Positions 37,464 through 47,785 of a DNA stretch of 64,000 bases are shown piece by piece. Below the pieces are notes generated by a model. The model was not told where the DNA came from. It was given only the letters and a program-made list of their open reading frames with translations, and did no database searches. The position numbers and the translations under genes are program-made. The DNA is from Candidatus Moraniibacteriota bacterium (GTDB lineage Bacteria > Patescibacteriota > Minisyncoccia > Moranbacterales > UBA1568): NCBI GenBank assembly GCA_049287005.1, contig JBAQEZ010000003.1, positions 265,745 to 329,744 on the forward strand, given 5' to 3'. Each line of letters begins with the position of its first letter. The stretch's first letter is position 1.

Positions 37464-37982
37464 ATGGTAAAGCAAGGAAAAAAAATGGGGAGACGCGAGA
37501 AACCGGAGTTTGATCAAAAGCTCCTCAATTTGGCGCGCGTGACACGTGTGGTAAAAGGAGGTCGGCGTTTCCGTTTTCGTGCGACGCTCGTTATCGGTAA
37601 TCGTAAGGGCAAGGTGGGCGTAGGCGTCGCTAAGGGTTCCGACGTGTCCGATGCCATCCAGAAAGCATTCAATGATGCCAAGAAAAATATGGTCACTATC
37701 GAACTGAACGGTTCGACTATTTCTCATGATGTCGCTGCCAAACTGGGAAGCGCGCGAGTGCTTCTGAAACCAGCTTCTGAAGGACGCGGTATTATCGCCG
37801 GTGGAGCCGTGCGCTCCGTAGTGAACCTGCTCGGTGTCAAAGATATCGTTTCCAAATCTCTCGGTGCTTCGAATCCTCTCAATGTCGCGCGCGTGACCGT
37901 GAAAGCGCTCCTGATGCTGAAACCGCCGCGAGCTCCTCGAGCCGTGAAAGAAGCAGCGGTCGTTGAAACTCCAGTAGCCTAA
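37464..37982 (+). CDS. rpsE: 30S ribosomal protein S5
   Basis: RVTRVVKGGRRFRFRATLVIGN. Confidence 0.95.
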   Translation: MVKQGKKMGRREKPEFDQKLLNLARVTRVVKGGRRFRFRATLVIGNRKGKVGVGVAKGSDVSDAIQKAFNDAKKNMVTIELNGSTISHDVAAKLGSARVLLKPASEGRGIIAGGAVRSVVNLLGVKDIVSKSLGASNPLNVARVTVKALLMLKPPRAPRAVKEAAVVETPVA

Positions 37983-38006
37983 TGTGATCTCGTAAGCGAT
38001 AAATAT

Positions 38007-38432
38007 ATGCAAATTCATCAACTCACTGTTGCGAAGAAGAAATTACGCAAGCGCATCGGGCGTGGTGGCAAGCGTGGAACGACGGCTGGACGCGGAAGCA
38101 ATGGTCAGAAATCACGTTCAGGCGCATCGGTTGATCCTTTGTTCGAAGGTGGCCGTTCGACGTTCTTGGAACGTTTGAAAAAAGTCCGTGGCTTCAAATC
38201 GATTCATCCGAAGAAATGCGTTATCAAGCTTTCTGCTCTTGAGGGCGCCTACGCGGATGGCGAGATCGTTACCCTGGCTACTCTGATGGAGAAAAAACTG
38301 GCTCCGAAAGCAGCGCTGGCTCGCGGTGTCAAGATTGTGGCCACCGGGGAGCTGACGAAAAAACTGACGTTAGGAAAAGATGTGGCTGCTTCAGAGAAGG
38401 CGCAAGCTTCCTTCCAGACCATTGCTGAGTAA
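38007..38432 (+). CDS. rplO: 50S ribosomal protein L15 (directly follows rpsE; no L30 gene)
   Basis: LRKRIGRGGKRGTTAGRG. Confidence 0.9.
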   Translation: MQIHQLTVAKKKLRKRIGRGGKRGTTAGRGSNGQKSRSGASVDPLFEGGRSTFLERLKKVRGFKSIHPKKCVIKLSALEGAYADGEIVTLATLMEKKLAPKAALARGVKIVATGELTKKLTLGKDVAASEKAQASFQTIAE

Positions 38433-38462
38433 TAAGCAGACAGACTTCGAGAGAAATTTTAA

Positions 38463-39749
38463 GTGATTTTTTCTGTCATGCGTGAAACCTTGCTGAATAT
38501 TTTTCGCATAAAAGACCTCCGGAATAAGATCTTGTTTATTCTCGGCTTGCTGGTCATTTATCGGATGGCTGCCAATATCCCTCTTCCCGGAGTGGATGTT
38601 TTGGCGCTGAAACGGCTTTTTGAGCAGAATGCTTTCCTGGGACTGCTCAACGTTTTTTCTGGCGGAGGGCTTTCCAACATTTCGATCGTACTTTTGGGTG
38701 TCGCGCCATATATCACGGCCTCTATCATCATGCAGCTTTTGACGACCATCGTTCCCAGTCTGGAGCGGCTGTACAAGGAAGAGGGGGAAATAGGCCGACA
38801 AAAGTTCAATATGTGGACGCGCTGGATTACGCTACCTTTGGCCGCGCTGCAGTCTTTCAGCATGCTTTCACTGCTGCGCTCACAGAATATTTTGGGGGAT
38901 ATTACGCCGTTCAGTATGGCAGTGATTATTGTCAGCGCCACTGCCGGAACCATCTTTCTGATGTGGCTCGGCGAACTGATTACGGAAAAGGGTCTCGGCA
39001 ATGGAGTTTCGATCATTATTTTCGCCGGCATCGTATCCAGTTTGCCGACGGGTATCTCGCGCTTTGTCGCTACGTGGGATCCTTCACAGGTTTTCACGTA
39101 TTTCTTGTTCATTGCGGTAGCGGCGGTGACGGTGGCCGGAGTGATTTTTGTCAATGAGGGGCAGCGGACGATACCGGTAGCGTATGCCAAGCGCGTGCGT
39201 GGCGCGCAGGTGTACGGCGGCACCGCAACGCACTTGCCTTTGCGGGTCAATCAAGCGGGTGTCATCCCGATTATTTTTGCGGTATCGCTTATCCTGATTC
39301 CGACGATGGTAGCCAATTTTATGACGCAAAACAGCCATGCGAAAATCGCGGACATCGCTCTCAATGTCAGTGCCTGGTTGCAGAACCAATGGGTGTATGG
39401 ATCGCTCTATTTCTTTTTGGTTGTGGTGTTCACCTATTTTTATACGGCAGTCGTTTTCGACCCGGTGAAGATTGCGGAAAATCTCCAAAAACAAGGCGGC
39501 TATGTTCCGGGTATCCGTCCTGGCAATACGACGGCGGAATACCTGTATCACATCATCAATCGTATTACGCTGGCCGGCGCCTTTTTCTTGGGTTCCATCG
39601 CCGTGCTCCCTCTCATTATCCAGGGGATGACGGGCATCAAGGCTTTTTCTATCGGGGGCGTGAGCATCTTGATCGTCGTATCGGTTGTGCTGGAAACAGT
39701 GAAGCATGTGCAGAGTCAGCTGACGATGCGCAGTTACGAGTCCTTTTAG
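38463..39749 (+). CDS. secY: preprotein translocase SecY
   Basis: A 10-TM protein with the SecY N-terminal pattern. GTG start at 38463 (an alternative ATG lies at 38478). Confidence 0.9.
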   Translation: MIFSVMRETLLNIFRIKDLRNKILFILGLLVIYRMAANIPLPGVDVLALKRLFEQNAFLGLLNVFSGGGLSNISIVLLGVAPYITASIIMQLLTTIVPSLERLYKEEGEIGRQKFNMWTRWITLPLAALQSFSMLSLLRSQNILGDITPFSMAVIIVSATAGTIFLMWLGELITEKGLGNGVSIIIFAGIVSSLPTGISRFVATWDPSQVFTYFLFIAVAAVTVAGVIFVNEGQRTIPVAYAKRVRGAQVYGGTATHLPLRVNQAGVIPIIFAVSLILIPTMVANFMTQNSHAKIADIALNVSAWLQNQWVYGSLYFFLVVVFTYFYTAVVFDPVKIAENLQKQGGYVPGIRPGNTTAEYLYHIINRITLAGAFFLGSIAVLPLIIQGMTGIKAFSIGGVSILIVVSVVLETVKHVQSQLTMRSYESF

Positions 39750-39853
39750 AAGAATGCGGATGATGGGCTCGCGTCGTTCATGTGTGCATTTTTTACTATT
39801 GAGTTTTGGAAAATTCCTACCTATCCGGTAGATGAGACGGGGAAATTAAAAAA

Positions 39854-40531
39854 TTGTCTTTCAATCACATGCCTCTCAAAGATACCTATATTTTGCTCGG
39901 TTCAGCCGGAAGCGGTAAAAGTACGCAAGCCGAACTTTTGAAAAGCTCTCTGCATTTGGTCCATATCGATATTGGATCGGAATTGCGTGCCGTAGCATCG
40001 CAAAATACGGCACTCGGGCAGCAGGTCAATGATATTATCAACAAGCAGCACGCTCTGATACCGGATGAGATTATTGCTTCCGTGCTTTCGGATGCTCTCC
40101 ACTCTGTCCCTCAGTCAGTCGGTGTTCTCATCGATGGGGCGCCGCGGCGAGAAAGTCAGATTGAGAACGTGCTTGATGTCTTGGAAGAAACAGGCAGGGA
40201 GTTGAATACGGTGATTTTTATCGACGTGCCGGAAGCAGTTTCTGTCGAGCGCATTTCCAAGCGTTATGCCTGCGAGGAATGCAAGCGAACGTATATTTTG
40301 GGAAAAAATCTCATTGATAATCATGCTCCTTGCCGGTATTGCGGGGGAACCATTTCTCAGCGACAGGATGATACGGAGGCAGGCGTGCGTAAACGGCACC
40401 AAATCTTTCGCGAAGAGACGTACCCGGTGGTACAATATTTTAAATCCACGGGGCATCTGCTGTCTGTGGATGGCAATCAAGAAACATACAAGGTCTTCAG
40501 ATTTATTTTGGAACACGTGCGTCCTGAGTAG
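39854..40531 (+). CDS. adk: adenylate kinase (zinc-lid type)
   Basis: GSAGSGKSTQAE is the P-loop. The lid carries CEECKRTY...CRYCGG. Confidence 0.9.
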   Translation: MSFNHMPLKDTYILLGSAGSGKSTQAELLKSSLHLVHIDIGSELRAVASQNTALGQQVNDIINKQHALIPDEIIASVLSDALHSVPQSVGVLIDGAPRRESQIENVLDVLEETGRELNTVIFIDVPEAVSVERISKRYACEECKRTYILGKNLIDNHAPCRYCGGTISQRQDDTEAGVRKRHQIFREETYPVVQYFKSTGHLLSVDGNQETYKVFRFILEHVRPE

Positions 40532-40550
40532 CCTATGACCGTAGTAGCCT

Positions 40551-41330
40551 ATGACAAACGATTGGATCAAAACAGACGATGAAATCGCTCGCCTGAAGGA
40601 ATCAGGAGTGCGTTTGGCATGGGTTTTGGAAACGATCATGGCTTCCGTACGTCCCGGAATGACTACCAAAGAAATAGATCGGCTGAGCGAGCGTTTGATT
40701 TTCGAACAAGGAGGGATTCCGATTTTCAAGGGGTACGGAGGTTCTGGGCGCCCGTTTCCGGCGACGCTGTGCACCTCGCTCAATGAGGAAGTCGTGCATG
40801 GTATACCGAGCAAGAAAAGAATCATCCGAGAACACGATCTTTTGAAGCTGGATATCGGGATGCGTTATGCCGGCATGGTGACCGATATGGCGCGTACCGT
40901 CAAAGTCGGAACGGTAACGCCCCAGGCAGAGAAGTTGGTAGCGGTGACCGAAGAGAGTTTGCGACGGGGGATTGCCGAGCTACGCCCGGGCGCCCGGATT
41001 TCGGCGTACGCACGAGCCGTTCAGAGTTTCGTGGAAGCCAACAATTTTTCGGTCGTGCGCGATCTCGTCGGTCATGGTGTCGGATATGAACTGCATGAAG
41101 ATCCGCAGATACCAAATTATGTCTCACCGGAGATGCATGATTTCATTCTTCAGCCAGGTATGACGCTGGCGCTGGAGCCGATGATCAATATTGGCACCTA
41201 CCGGGTGAGGGTCGCTCCGGACGACTGGACGTTTATCACGGCGGACGGCAAGTGGAGCGCTCACTTCGAAGACACGGTGGTGATCACGGACACGGGCGCG
41301 GAAGCGGTGACGAGAATTGGCATTGAGTAG
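40551..41330 (+). CDS. map: methionine aminopeptidase type I
   Basis: The MetAP pita-bread pattern: ...VHGIPS...DIGM...GHGVG... Confidence 0.9.
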   Translation: MTNDWIKTDDEIARLKESGVRLAWVLETIMASVRPGMTTKEIDRLSERLIFEQGGIPIFKGYGGSGRPFPATLCTSLNEEVVHGIPSKKRIIREHDLLKLDIGMRYAGMVTDMARTVKVGTVTPQAEKLVAVTEESLRRGIAELRPGARISAYARAVQSFVEANNFSVVRDLVGHGVGYELHEDPQIPNYVSPEMHDFILQPGMTLALEPMINIGTYRVRVAPDDWTFITADGKWSAHFEDTVVITDTGAEAVTRIGIE

Positions 41331-41420
41331 TACGTATGATGTATCACGCGCATACTACATGATTCATGATACCGTATACGCTTTTTGTTTTTAGATACAA
41401 CATATTATAGAGTTACATTG

Positions 41421-41828
41421 ATGAAGAATGAAAAAGCTAACTATCTCGGCGTAGATTGGGGCGCCACGAATATCGGGGTGGCTTTGGCGCACCAGGAAAC
41501 GGGCGTGGCGCTGCCGTATGCCACGCTTCCGAATGACAAGAATGCGCTCTCTGCTCTGGGCAAGATCATTGCCGCCGAAGCGATCGGTACCGTGATCATC
41601 GGGGTGCCTGTCTATGCCCATCAGGCAAAAGGAGAGCACCCGGGCGAAACATTCGGCAAGCTGCTGGCCGAGTCTTTTCCAGTGCGCGTCGAGTATCAGA
41701 ATGAGATGTTCACGACCAAAATGGCTCAGGCCAATCTGCTGGAGCAGGGAATCAAGCATTCCTCCAAAAACAATGATGAGGAAGCGGCACGGCTTATCTT
41801 AGAGGGATGGCTGAGCGCCCGCCGCTAA
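41421..41828 (+). CDS. ruvX: RuvX/YqgF family pre-16S rRNA nuclease (Holliday junction resolvase-like)
   Basis: NYLGVDWGATNIGVALA is the YqgF N-terminal motif. Confidence 0.8.
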   Translation: MKNEKANYLGVDWGATNIGVALAHQETGVALPYATLPNDKNALSALGKIIAAEAIGTVIIGVPVYAHQAKGEHPGETFGKLLAESFPVRVEYQNEMFTTKMAQANLLEQGIKHSSKNNDEEAARLILEGWLSARR

Positions 41829-41921
41829 GGATGTCTGCCTTACGGGTGATGGAAGGATATTTTTTGGGTTTGCCTTCATTTATGCTACAATGGAAATGTA
41901 ATTTGTGAGTTTTATGGCCGT

Positions 41922-42695
41922 ATGGAACAACCGTTTCTTTCGGTGATCATCCCTGCTTACAAGGAGGGGGAGCGCATCGGACGCAATCTGCTCGAAATAG
42001 ACAAGTATCTCAAGGGAAAAAGCTATACATACGAAATCGTTGTCATTGTTGATGGTTCTCCGGACAATACCGCGGAGGTGGCTCGCAATTATGCTTTGCA
42101 AATCCCGCACGTGCGCATTATTGAAAATACGGAGAATTACGGCAAGGGGTATGTCGTGCGACAGGGACTGCTCGCGGCAGTGGGGAAGTGGCGGCTGTTT
42201 TTGGATGCTGACGGTTCGACTTCGATCACGCACCTCGATTCTTTCGAAGCGCAGTTCGCGGCCGGGTATGACGTGATTATCGGATCGCGCAAGATCGAGG
42301 GCTCTTTTATCCAGGTGCACCAAGCCAAGTATCGCGAAATTATGGGTGAAGGGGGAAACTGGCTGATCCGCATTGTCTTGGGACTGTGGAGCTATCCGGA
42401 CACGCAATGCGGGTTCAAAATCCTGTCCGACACGGCCGCGAACGAAATCGCCAAACGGATGGTAGTCAATCGTTTCGGCTTTGATTTCGAACTCATCGTG
42501 CTGGCTCTCAAACTCGGATTCAAGATCAAACAAATGCCGGTGCGTTGGATGAATGAAGAGGGTTCCACGGTGAAACTGACTGGTCCGAACGGGTTCATTC
42601 AAGTGCTGATCGATTTGTTCAAAACGAAATGGCGTTTTCTGACCGGCGCCTATCATATCGGTGAATATACGAAAAAGAAAGTGATTATCGCCTAG
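41922..42695 (+). CDS. GT2-family glycosyltransferase (polyprenol-phosphate sugar synthase, DPM1-like)
   Basis: LSVIIPAYKE, VVIVDGSPD and LDADGS are the GT-A D-x-D region. Confidence 0.8.
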   Translation: MEQPFLSVIIPAYKEGERIGRNLLEIDKYLKGKSYTYEIVVIVDGSPDNTAEVARNYALQIPHVRIIENTENYGKGYVVRQGLLAAVGKWRLFLDADGSTSITHLDSFEAQFAAGYDVIIGSRKIEGSFIQVHQAKYREIMGEGGNWLIRIVLGLWSYPDTQCGFKILSDTAANEIAKRMVVNRFGFDFELIVLALKLGFKIKQMPVRWMNEEGSTVKLTGPNGFIQVLIDLFKTKWRFLTGAYHIGEYTKKKVIIA

Positions 42696-42737
42696 GGCAT
42701 CTCTCTATTGGTGTTCGCGTAACAAACAAAAAAATCA

Positions 42738-43769
42738 ATGTCACACGAGGAAGGAAAAAAAGAAAGGAAAGCGGTCTCGTACGAATCAGAGTTGCGCCAG
42801 GATATCGTGACGGGCGATTGGGTGGTCATCGCTACGGGACGAGCCAAGCGGCCGCATGACTTTGCGCAGTTTGAACGTGCCGTGACGGATGAGGAGCATG
42901 ACCCCTTCGCGGATCCGGAAGTCAGCGGTCAGGAGAAAGACACGCTGATTTACCGACGCGAAGATGGAGAGTGGAGCCTGCGTGTTTTTCCGAATAAATA
43001 CCCGGCATTTTCTCGTGGCAAAGCAGCGAAAGAGATCTCGGAGGGGCCATATTTTGCCATGACCGGTGTCGGTTATCATGAACTGATAGTGACGAGGGAT
43101 CCGCGCAGATCGCTGGCGCTCCTTGATGCGTGGCAGGGCGCGGAGGTATTTGATGCCTATCAAGAGCGGTACCTCGATCTCATGAACAAGAAAAGCGTCA
43201 ATTATATCCAGATTTTCCATAATCATGGCAAAGAAGCCGGAGCCTCTCTGGCTCATCCTCATTCGCAGTTGTTGGCGATCCCGGTCATTTCGCCGTACAT
43301 CAGTCTGGAACTGAATGGAGCGGAGCAATACTATAAGAGCAATAAGCACAAGGTCTACGGGGTGATGACAGAATTCGAGAGCGAAACGAAGAAACGGGTG
43401 CTGTATGAGAATGAGCATTTCATCGCTTTTTGTCCTTTTGCCTCCCGGGCGGCTTTTGAGATTTGGGTGGTGGGCAAGCGGACGAATCCGTATTTTGAAC
43501 GGATTACTGATGAGGAGAAATTCGCTCTGGCGGAAGTGATGCAAAAGGCGCTTTTCTCGATTTACCGTGGTTTGAATGATCCGCCGTATAATTTTTACAT
43601 CCATACCGCGCCGTGCGATGGGAAAGAATACCCGCATTACCAGTGGCACATCGAGATTTTGCCGCATACGGCTACCTGGGCCGGCTTCGAACTCTCTACG
43701 GGAATAGAGATCTCGACCATTCAACCGGAGGTCGCTGCACAGTATTTACGGGAGCAATTGAATCAATAA
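42738..43769 (+). CDS. galactose-1-phosphate uridylyltransferase-like HIT-family nucleotidyltransferase
   Basis: HPHSQLLAIPV is an H-x-H-x-Q motif. The protein is the size of GalT. Confidence 0.6.
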   Translation: MSHEEGKKERKAVSYESELRQDIVTGDWVVIATGRAKRPHDFAQFERAVTDEEHDPFADPEVSGQEKDTLIYRREDGEWSLRVFPNKYPAFSRGKAAKEISEGPYFAMTGVGYHELIVTRDPRRSLALLDAWQGAEVFDAYQERYLDLMNKKSVNYIQIFHNHGKEAGASLAHPHSQLLAIPVISPYISLELNGAEQYYKSNKHKVYGVMTEFESETKKRVLYENEHFIAFCPFASRAAFEIWVVGKRTNPYFERITDEEKFALAEVMQKALFSIYRGLNDPPYNFYIHTAPCDGKEYPHYQWHIEILPHTATWAGFELSTGIEISTIQPEVAAQYLREQLNQ

Positions 43770-43918
43770 GCCGCAACCGATCAGCGTATGCCCGGCAGGA
43801 GAATGTCGACTGGGCTTGAGGAAAGGGGTTGCATTGAAACAGAAGAAAAAATAACAGTAACTCATAAGCTTTCACAACTTGTCATAAGATAAAGTTGTCG
43901 AAGTTTCACTGATCGGAT

Positions 43919-44707
43919 ATGCAGAAGTTTTATGTCGTGGGGAATTTGAAAATGAACATGCTGTCACGCGAGGAAGCTTTGCAGTATCTTACCGTGCTCA
44001 GTCGCGAAGCCGGGGACAAAGAATATGAGCATGTGGTCGGAGTGCTTTGCCCATCGTTCATTTATCTGACGCAATTCGATCGTTTGCCGAAGAGCATCAA
44101 GAAGGGCGCTCAGAATCTTTTTCCGGAAAAGAGTGGCGCGTATACGGGGGAGATTTCCCCGGTCATGCTGAAGGATGACGGGGTAGAGTATGTCATTGTC
44201 GGCCATAGCGAACGGAGAAAATATGGAGGCGAGACCGATGAGATGATTCGCGAGAAAGCTCTCGCGGCACTCAAGTCCTATATGACGCCTATCGTGTGTA
44301 TCGGAGAGACGGAGACGGAGCGGCGGGCGGAAAAGACGGAGAGTGCCCTCTCGGCGCAAGTACGGACTCTTTTTTTCGGCTGTTCTAAAACGCAAGCAGA
44401 AAAAATGATCATCGCTTATGAACCGCGCTGGGCGATCGGTACTGACGCTGTGCCGACTACGGCGGAGATCTTTCGGGTTAGAGTGCTGCTTCGCAAACTG
44501 CTGACAGACATGTTCGATCTGCAGACGGCGGAGAGGATTGCGATTCTGTATGGTGGATCAGTGAAGAGTTCCTTTCTGGGATCGGTGTCGTGGGAAGCGG
44601 AGATGGATGGGGTCCTGGTCGGGCGGGAGAGTCTTTTCCCGTATGAACTGGTGAAGATGATGGGATTGTTTGAAGAGGAGGCCAAGCGCAAATTGGCAAA
44701 AATGTAA
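43919..44707 (+). CDS. tpiA: triosephosphate isomerase
   Basis: VIVGHSERR and the AYEPRWAIGT active-site region. Confidence 0.9.
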   Translation: MQKFYVVGNLKMNMLSREEALQYLTVLSREAGDKEYEHVVGVLCPSFIYLTQFDRLPKSIKKGAQNLFPEKSGAYTGEISPVMLKDDGVEYVIVGHSERRKYGGETDEMIREKALAALKSYMTPIVCIGETETERRAEKTESALSAQVRTLFFGCSKTQAEKMIIAYEPRWAIGTDAVPTTAEIFRVRVLLRKLLTDMFDLQTAERIAILYGGSVKSSFLGSVSWEAEMDGVLVGRESLFPYELVKMMGLFEEEAKRKLAKM

Positions 44708-44729
44708 TCTGCGTAGCACATCGCATCCT

Positions 44730-45605
44730 ATGTTAGTGAATGTCAAGACAATGCTCGAGGAAGCCAAGGCTGGCAAATATGCTGTAGGGGCTTTCAATAC
44801 GGTGAACCTGGAAACGACCCGCGCCATTATCGAAGCGGCCAAGGAGCTCTCTTCGCCGGTCATCGTGCAGCTGACGGAGAAGACGTTCGATTATGCCGGC
44901 GGTCGGGCGATTTTTCATTTGATCAAGAATATCGCTGAGTTTTATGCGGCTGAGATCCCGATCGGCATCCACCTTGATCACGGAAAAAGTTTCGAGGTGG
45001 TGGAACGCGCCATGGACATTGGATTCACTTCGGTGATGTATGATGGATCGCGGAAAGAATACGTCGACAATCTCATGACTACCAAGAAAATTGTTGAAAT
45101 CGCTCACGCCCGAGGCGTCGTGGTGCAGGCAGAGCTGGGCAACGTCCCGTATTTGGGGGAGATGCAGATGGAAAACATCGATTGGACGAAATATATGACT
45201 GATCCGGATCAGGCGGCGCAATTCGTGACAGAGACCGGCATCGATACGTTGGCGGTGGCTATCGGCAATGCGCATGGGTTTTTTCGCGAGCGCAGTGAAC
45301 CGGATTATGCTCGATTGGCTTCGATCGCAGAACGCGTCTCTTTGCCGCTGGTCATGCATGGAGCTTCCGATTGGCATAATGGTCGGGTGACAGAAGTGAT
45401 CAACCGCGGTATCAGCTGCTTCAATGTGGATACGGCGCTGCGGCTGGCTTTTATCGGCGGACTGCGCGAAGCCCTGCTGGCCGAGGAGGAAACCGATTTA
45501 CGGAAAGTTCTGACCAAAGCCAAAGAACATACTAAGGAAGCGGTGAAAGAAAAAATGCTCGCTTTCGGCAGCGCGGGCAAAGCGCGGATCATGAATCAAC
45601 CATAA
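44730..45605 (+). CDS. fba: class II fructose-bisphosphate aldolase
   Basis: AKAGKYAVGAFN, IHLDHGKS and the metal-binding His pattern. The ATG at 44730 is preferred. Confidence 0.85.
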   Translation: MLVNVKTMLEEAKAGKYAVGAFNTVNLETTRAIIEAAKELSSPVIVQLTEKTFDYAGGRAIFHLIKNIAEFYAAEIPIGIHLDHGKSFEVVERAMDIGFTSVMYDGSRKEYVDNLMTTKKIVEIAHARGVVVQAELGNVPYLGEMQMENIDWTKYMTDPDQAAQFVTETGIDTLAVAIGNAHGFFRERSEPDYARLASIAERVSLPLVMHGASDWHNGRVTEVINRGISCFNVDTALRLAFIGGLREALLAEEETDLRKVLTKAKEHTKEAVKEKMLAFGSAGKARIMNQP

Positions 45606-45616
45606 CAAGCAACAAT

Positions 45617-46621
45617 ATGGAAAAGATAAGAATCGCCATCAATGGTTTCGGGCGGATCGGTCGAGCAGCCTTCAAAATCGCTCTTGAAAAGCAGGATATT
45701 GAAGTGGTTGCTATCAACGATCTGACGAGCGCGGACATTCTCGCTCATCTGTTGCGCTACGATACCGCGTACGGACACTATCGAAAATCAGTAGGCGTGA
45801 GCGATGGGCAGCTGATGGTGGAAGGAAAGGCATTCCCCGTATATGCGGAACCGGATCCTAAAAAACTGCCTTGGAAGGAGCTGGCTGTCGATGTGGTGCT
45901 CGAATGCACCGGGCGTTTTACGGATCAGGTGACAGCCGGACAACATATCACGGCAGGAGCGAAGAAGGTGATTCTTTCGGCTCCAGCCAAAGGAGAAGAC
46001 GATTCCGTCCCATCCTTTTTGATGGGGGTCAATGAGCACGACTACGCGAATGAAACGGTCATTTCCAATGCTTCATGTACGACCAATTCGTTGGCACCGG
46101 TGGCGAAAATACTCAGTGACGTGTTCGGTATCGAGAAGGCGCTCATGACGACGATTCACTCATATACTGGAGATCAGAATATTCAGGATGGTCCGCATAA
46201 GGATTTGAGGCGGGCTCGAGCTGCCGCGCAGAATATCGTGCCGACCACGACAGGAGCCGCCCTCGCCGTGACGCAGGTGATTCCGCAGCTCGAGGGGCTT
46301 TTCGACGGTATTTCCGTGCGCGTACCGACGATCGTCGTGTCACTTTCGGACTGTACCTTTCTTTTGAAGCGTAAAACGACCAAAGAAGAAATCAATCAAG
46401 TGTTGAAAGATGCTGCGCATTCTGCGCCATATCGTACCGTATTGGCGGTCACGGATGAACCGTTGGTATCATCGGATTTTATTGGCAACCCGCACTCGAG
46501 CATCGTGGACTTGTCCATGACCAAGGTGGTGGATGGGGATCTGGTCAAGGTGATCGCGTGGTATGATAATGAATGGGGATATTCGAATCGTTTGGTAGAG
46601 TTGGCAGCGCTGGTCGGGTAA
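45617..46621 (+). CDS. gap: glyceraldehyde-3-phosphate dehydrogenase
   Basis: IAINGFGRIGR, and ASCTTN with the catalytic Cys. Confidence 0.95.
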   Translation: MEKIRIAINGFGRIGRAAFKIALEKQDIEVVAINDLTSADILAHLLRYDTAYGHYRKSVGVSDGQLMVEGKAFPVYAEPDPKKLPWKELAVDVVLECTGRFTDQVTAGQHITAGAKKVILSAPAKGEDDSVPSFLMGVNEHDYANETVISNASCTTNSLAPVAKILSDVFGIEKALMTTIHSYTGDQNIQDGPHKDLRRARAAAQNIVPTTTGAALAVTQVIPQLEGLFDGISVRVPTIVVSLSDCTFLLKRKTTKEEINQVLKDAAHSAPYRTVLAVTDEPLVSSDFIGNPHSSIVDLSMTKVVDGDLVKVIAWYDNEWGYSNRLVELAALVG

Positions 46622-46624
46622 ATC

Positions 46625-47752
46625 ATGTGTGAAAAGATTATGGCAAAAGCTCCGAAGGAACAGGAGGCTCTCGAAGAGAGCAGGCAACGGTTGCAAGAAA
46701 TTGCTGGGATACAGTTTGGCGGGCTTTCGGATGACGAAATTCTCCATTTTTTGGCTGAGCGCAAACGTCTTTCCGATCTCGAACGTGAGTATGAGAAAGC
46801 ACAGGAAGAGGAGGCAGAGCGTTTCAAACGAGAAAAATCAGCCGCGGCGTTGAAAGTATCGGAAAAAAAGAAAGCCGCGATTTTGAAAAAAATTGAGGTA
46901 CTCAATCAGTCTATTACTCCGGAGAAGCAGGATGATGACCTCTTGGTGCTGGTCGCAGAGCGGAGAGCGCTGGAAAAAGAATTGGCAGCAGCGGGAGGAG
47001 AAACGGTTTCCGAGACAGGCGAGGCGATGCCTGAGCCTCGCGCTCCCGCACCAGTTGCGGTTGCGGAAGAGGCACTCCCCGCAAAGGCACTGGTGCCGCC
47101 GAGAGAAACGGTACCGGAGATTGCTCCCGAAGAACCAAAAGAGACAGAGGGAGATGGTGGACAGGAAACAGGAGGAGAAACGGCGGTGGAAACGCCCCCA
47201 CAGGGATTTCAGCAAGCGGTTCGTTTTGGGAATGAGAAAATTTCGGATCATGGGATCGAAGGAGGGACGGAATTTGACCGTTATTTCAACCAGTTGCAAA
47301 GCAATGTCGGCTCTCTTGGAGAATTGCTGCAGGCGTTGCCGTTGAATGCCAAAAAGAACAAAGCCTTCATGCTGAAAGTGGCAGAGATTGATCCTGCGTA
47401 TGCCATGCATTATGCGGACAAAGAGACTCTCAAGAGAGATGAAGATTTCAATGTGCGTATCGCCGCCTTGAATAACCCGCGCAATTCCGGCAATGCCCTC
47501 TCTGAAATGTTGCCCGAAGCCAGGACGTCGAAAGTCCTCTTGGTGGCCGTGAAACAGGATTATCGCAATGTCAGGTTTATCCAGCCTGATATGGCGGACT
47601 ATGATGAGATGCTCGATATAGCGAAAAAAACGACCCTGGAGAAAGTGAAGAGTCTCAAGGAGGCAGCCGATATTACGGTGCTTGTTCCAAGATTGTTGCA
47701 GCAGGACAAGCCATTCATGCTTCAGGTGAAAGCGATGACAGATCCGCAGTGA
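46625..47752 (+). CDS. hypothetical protein: E-rich coiled-coil N-terminus plus a C-terminal repeat region (DUF4116-like?)
   Basis: A charged coiled-coil N-terminus. The C-terminus has repeated FML.V/AY-type degenerate motifs. No firm family. Confidence 0.4.
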   Translation: MCEKIMAKAPKEQEALEESRQRLQEIAGIQFGGLSDDEILHFLAERKRLSDLEREYEKAQEEEAERFKREKSAAALKVSEKKKAAILKKIEVLNQSITPEKQDDDLLVLVAERRALEKELAAAGGETVSETGEAMPEPRAPAPVAVAEEALPAKALVPPRETVPEIAPEEPKETEGDGGQETGGETAVETPPQGFQQAVRFGNEKISDHGIEGGTEFDRYFNQLQSNVGSLGELLQALPLNAKKNKAFMLKVAEIDPAYAMHYADKETLKRDEDFNVRIAALNNPRNSGNALSEMLPEARTSKVLLVAVKQDYRNVRFIQPDMADYDEMLDIAKKTTLEKVKSLKEAADITVLVPRLLQQDKPFMLQVKAMTDPQ

Positions 47753-47785
47753 GGAGCGTAGGTTTTCCATAGAGACCAGGAAAAT

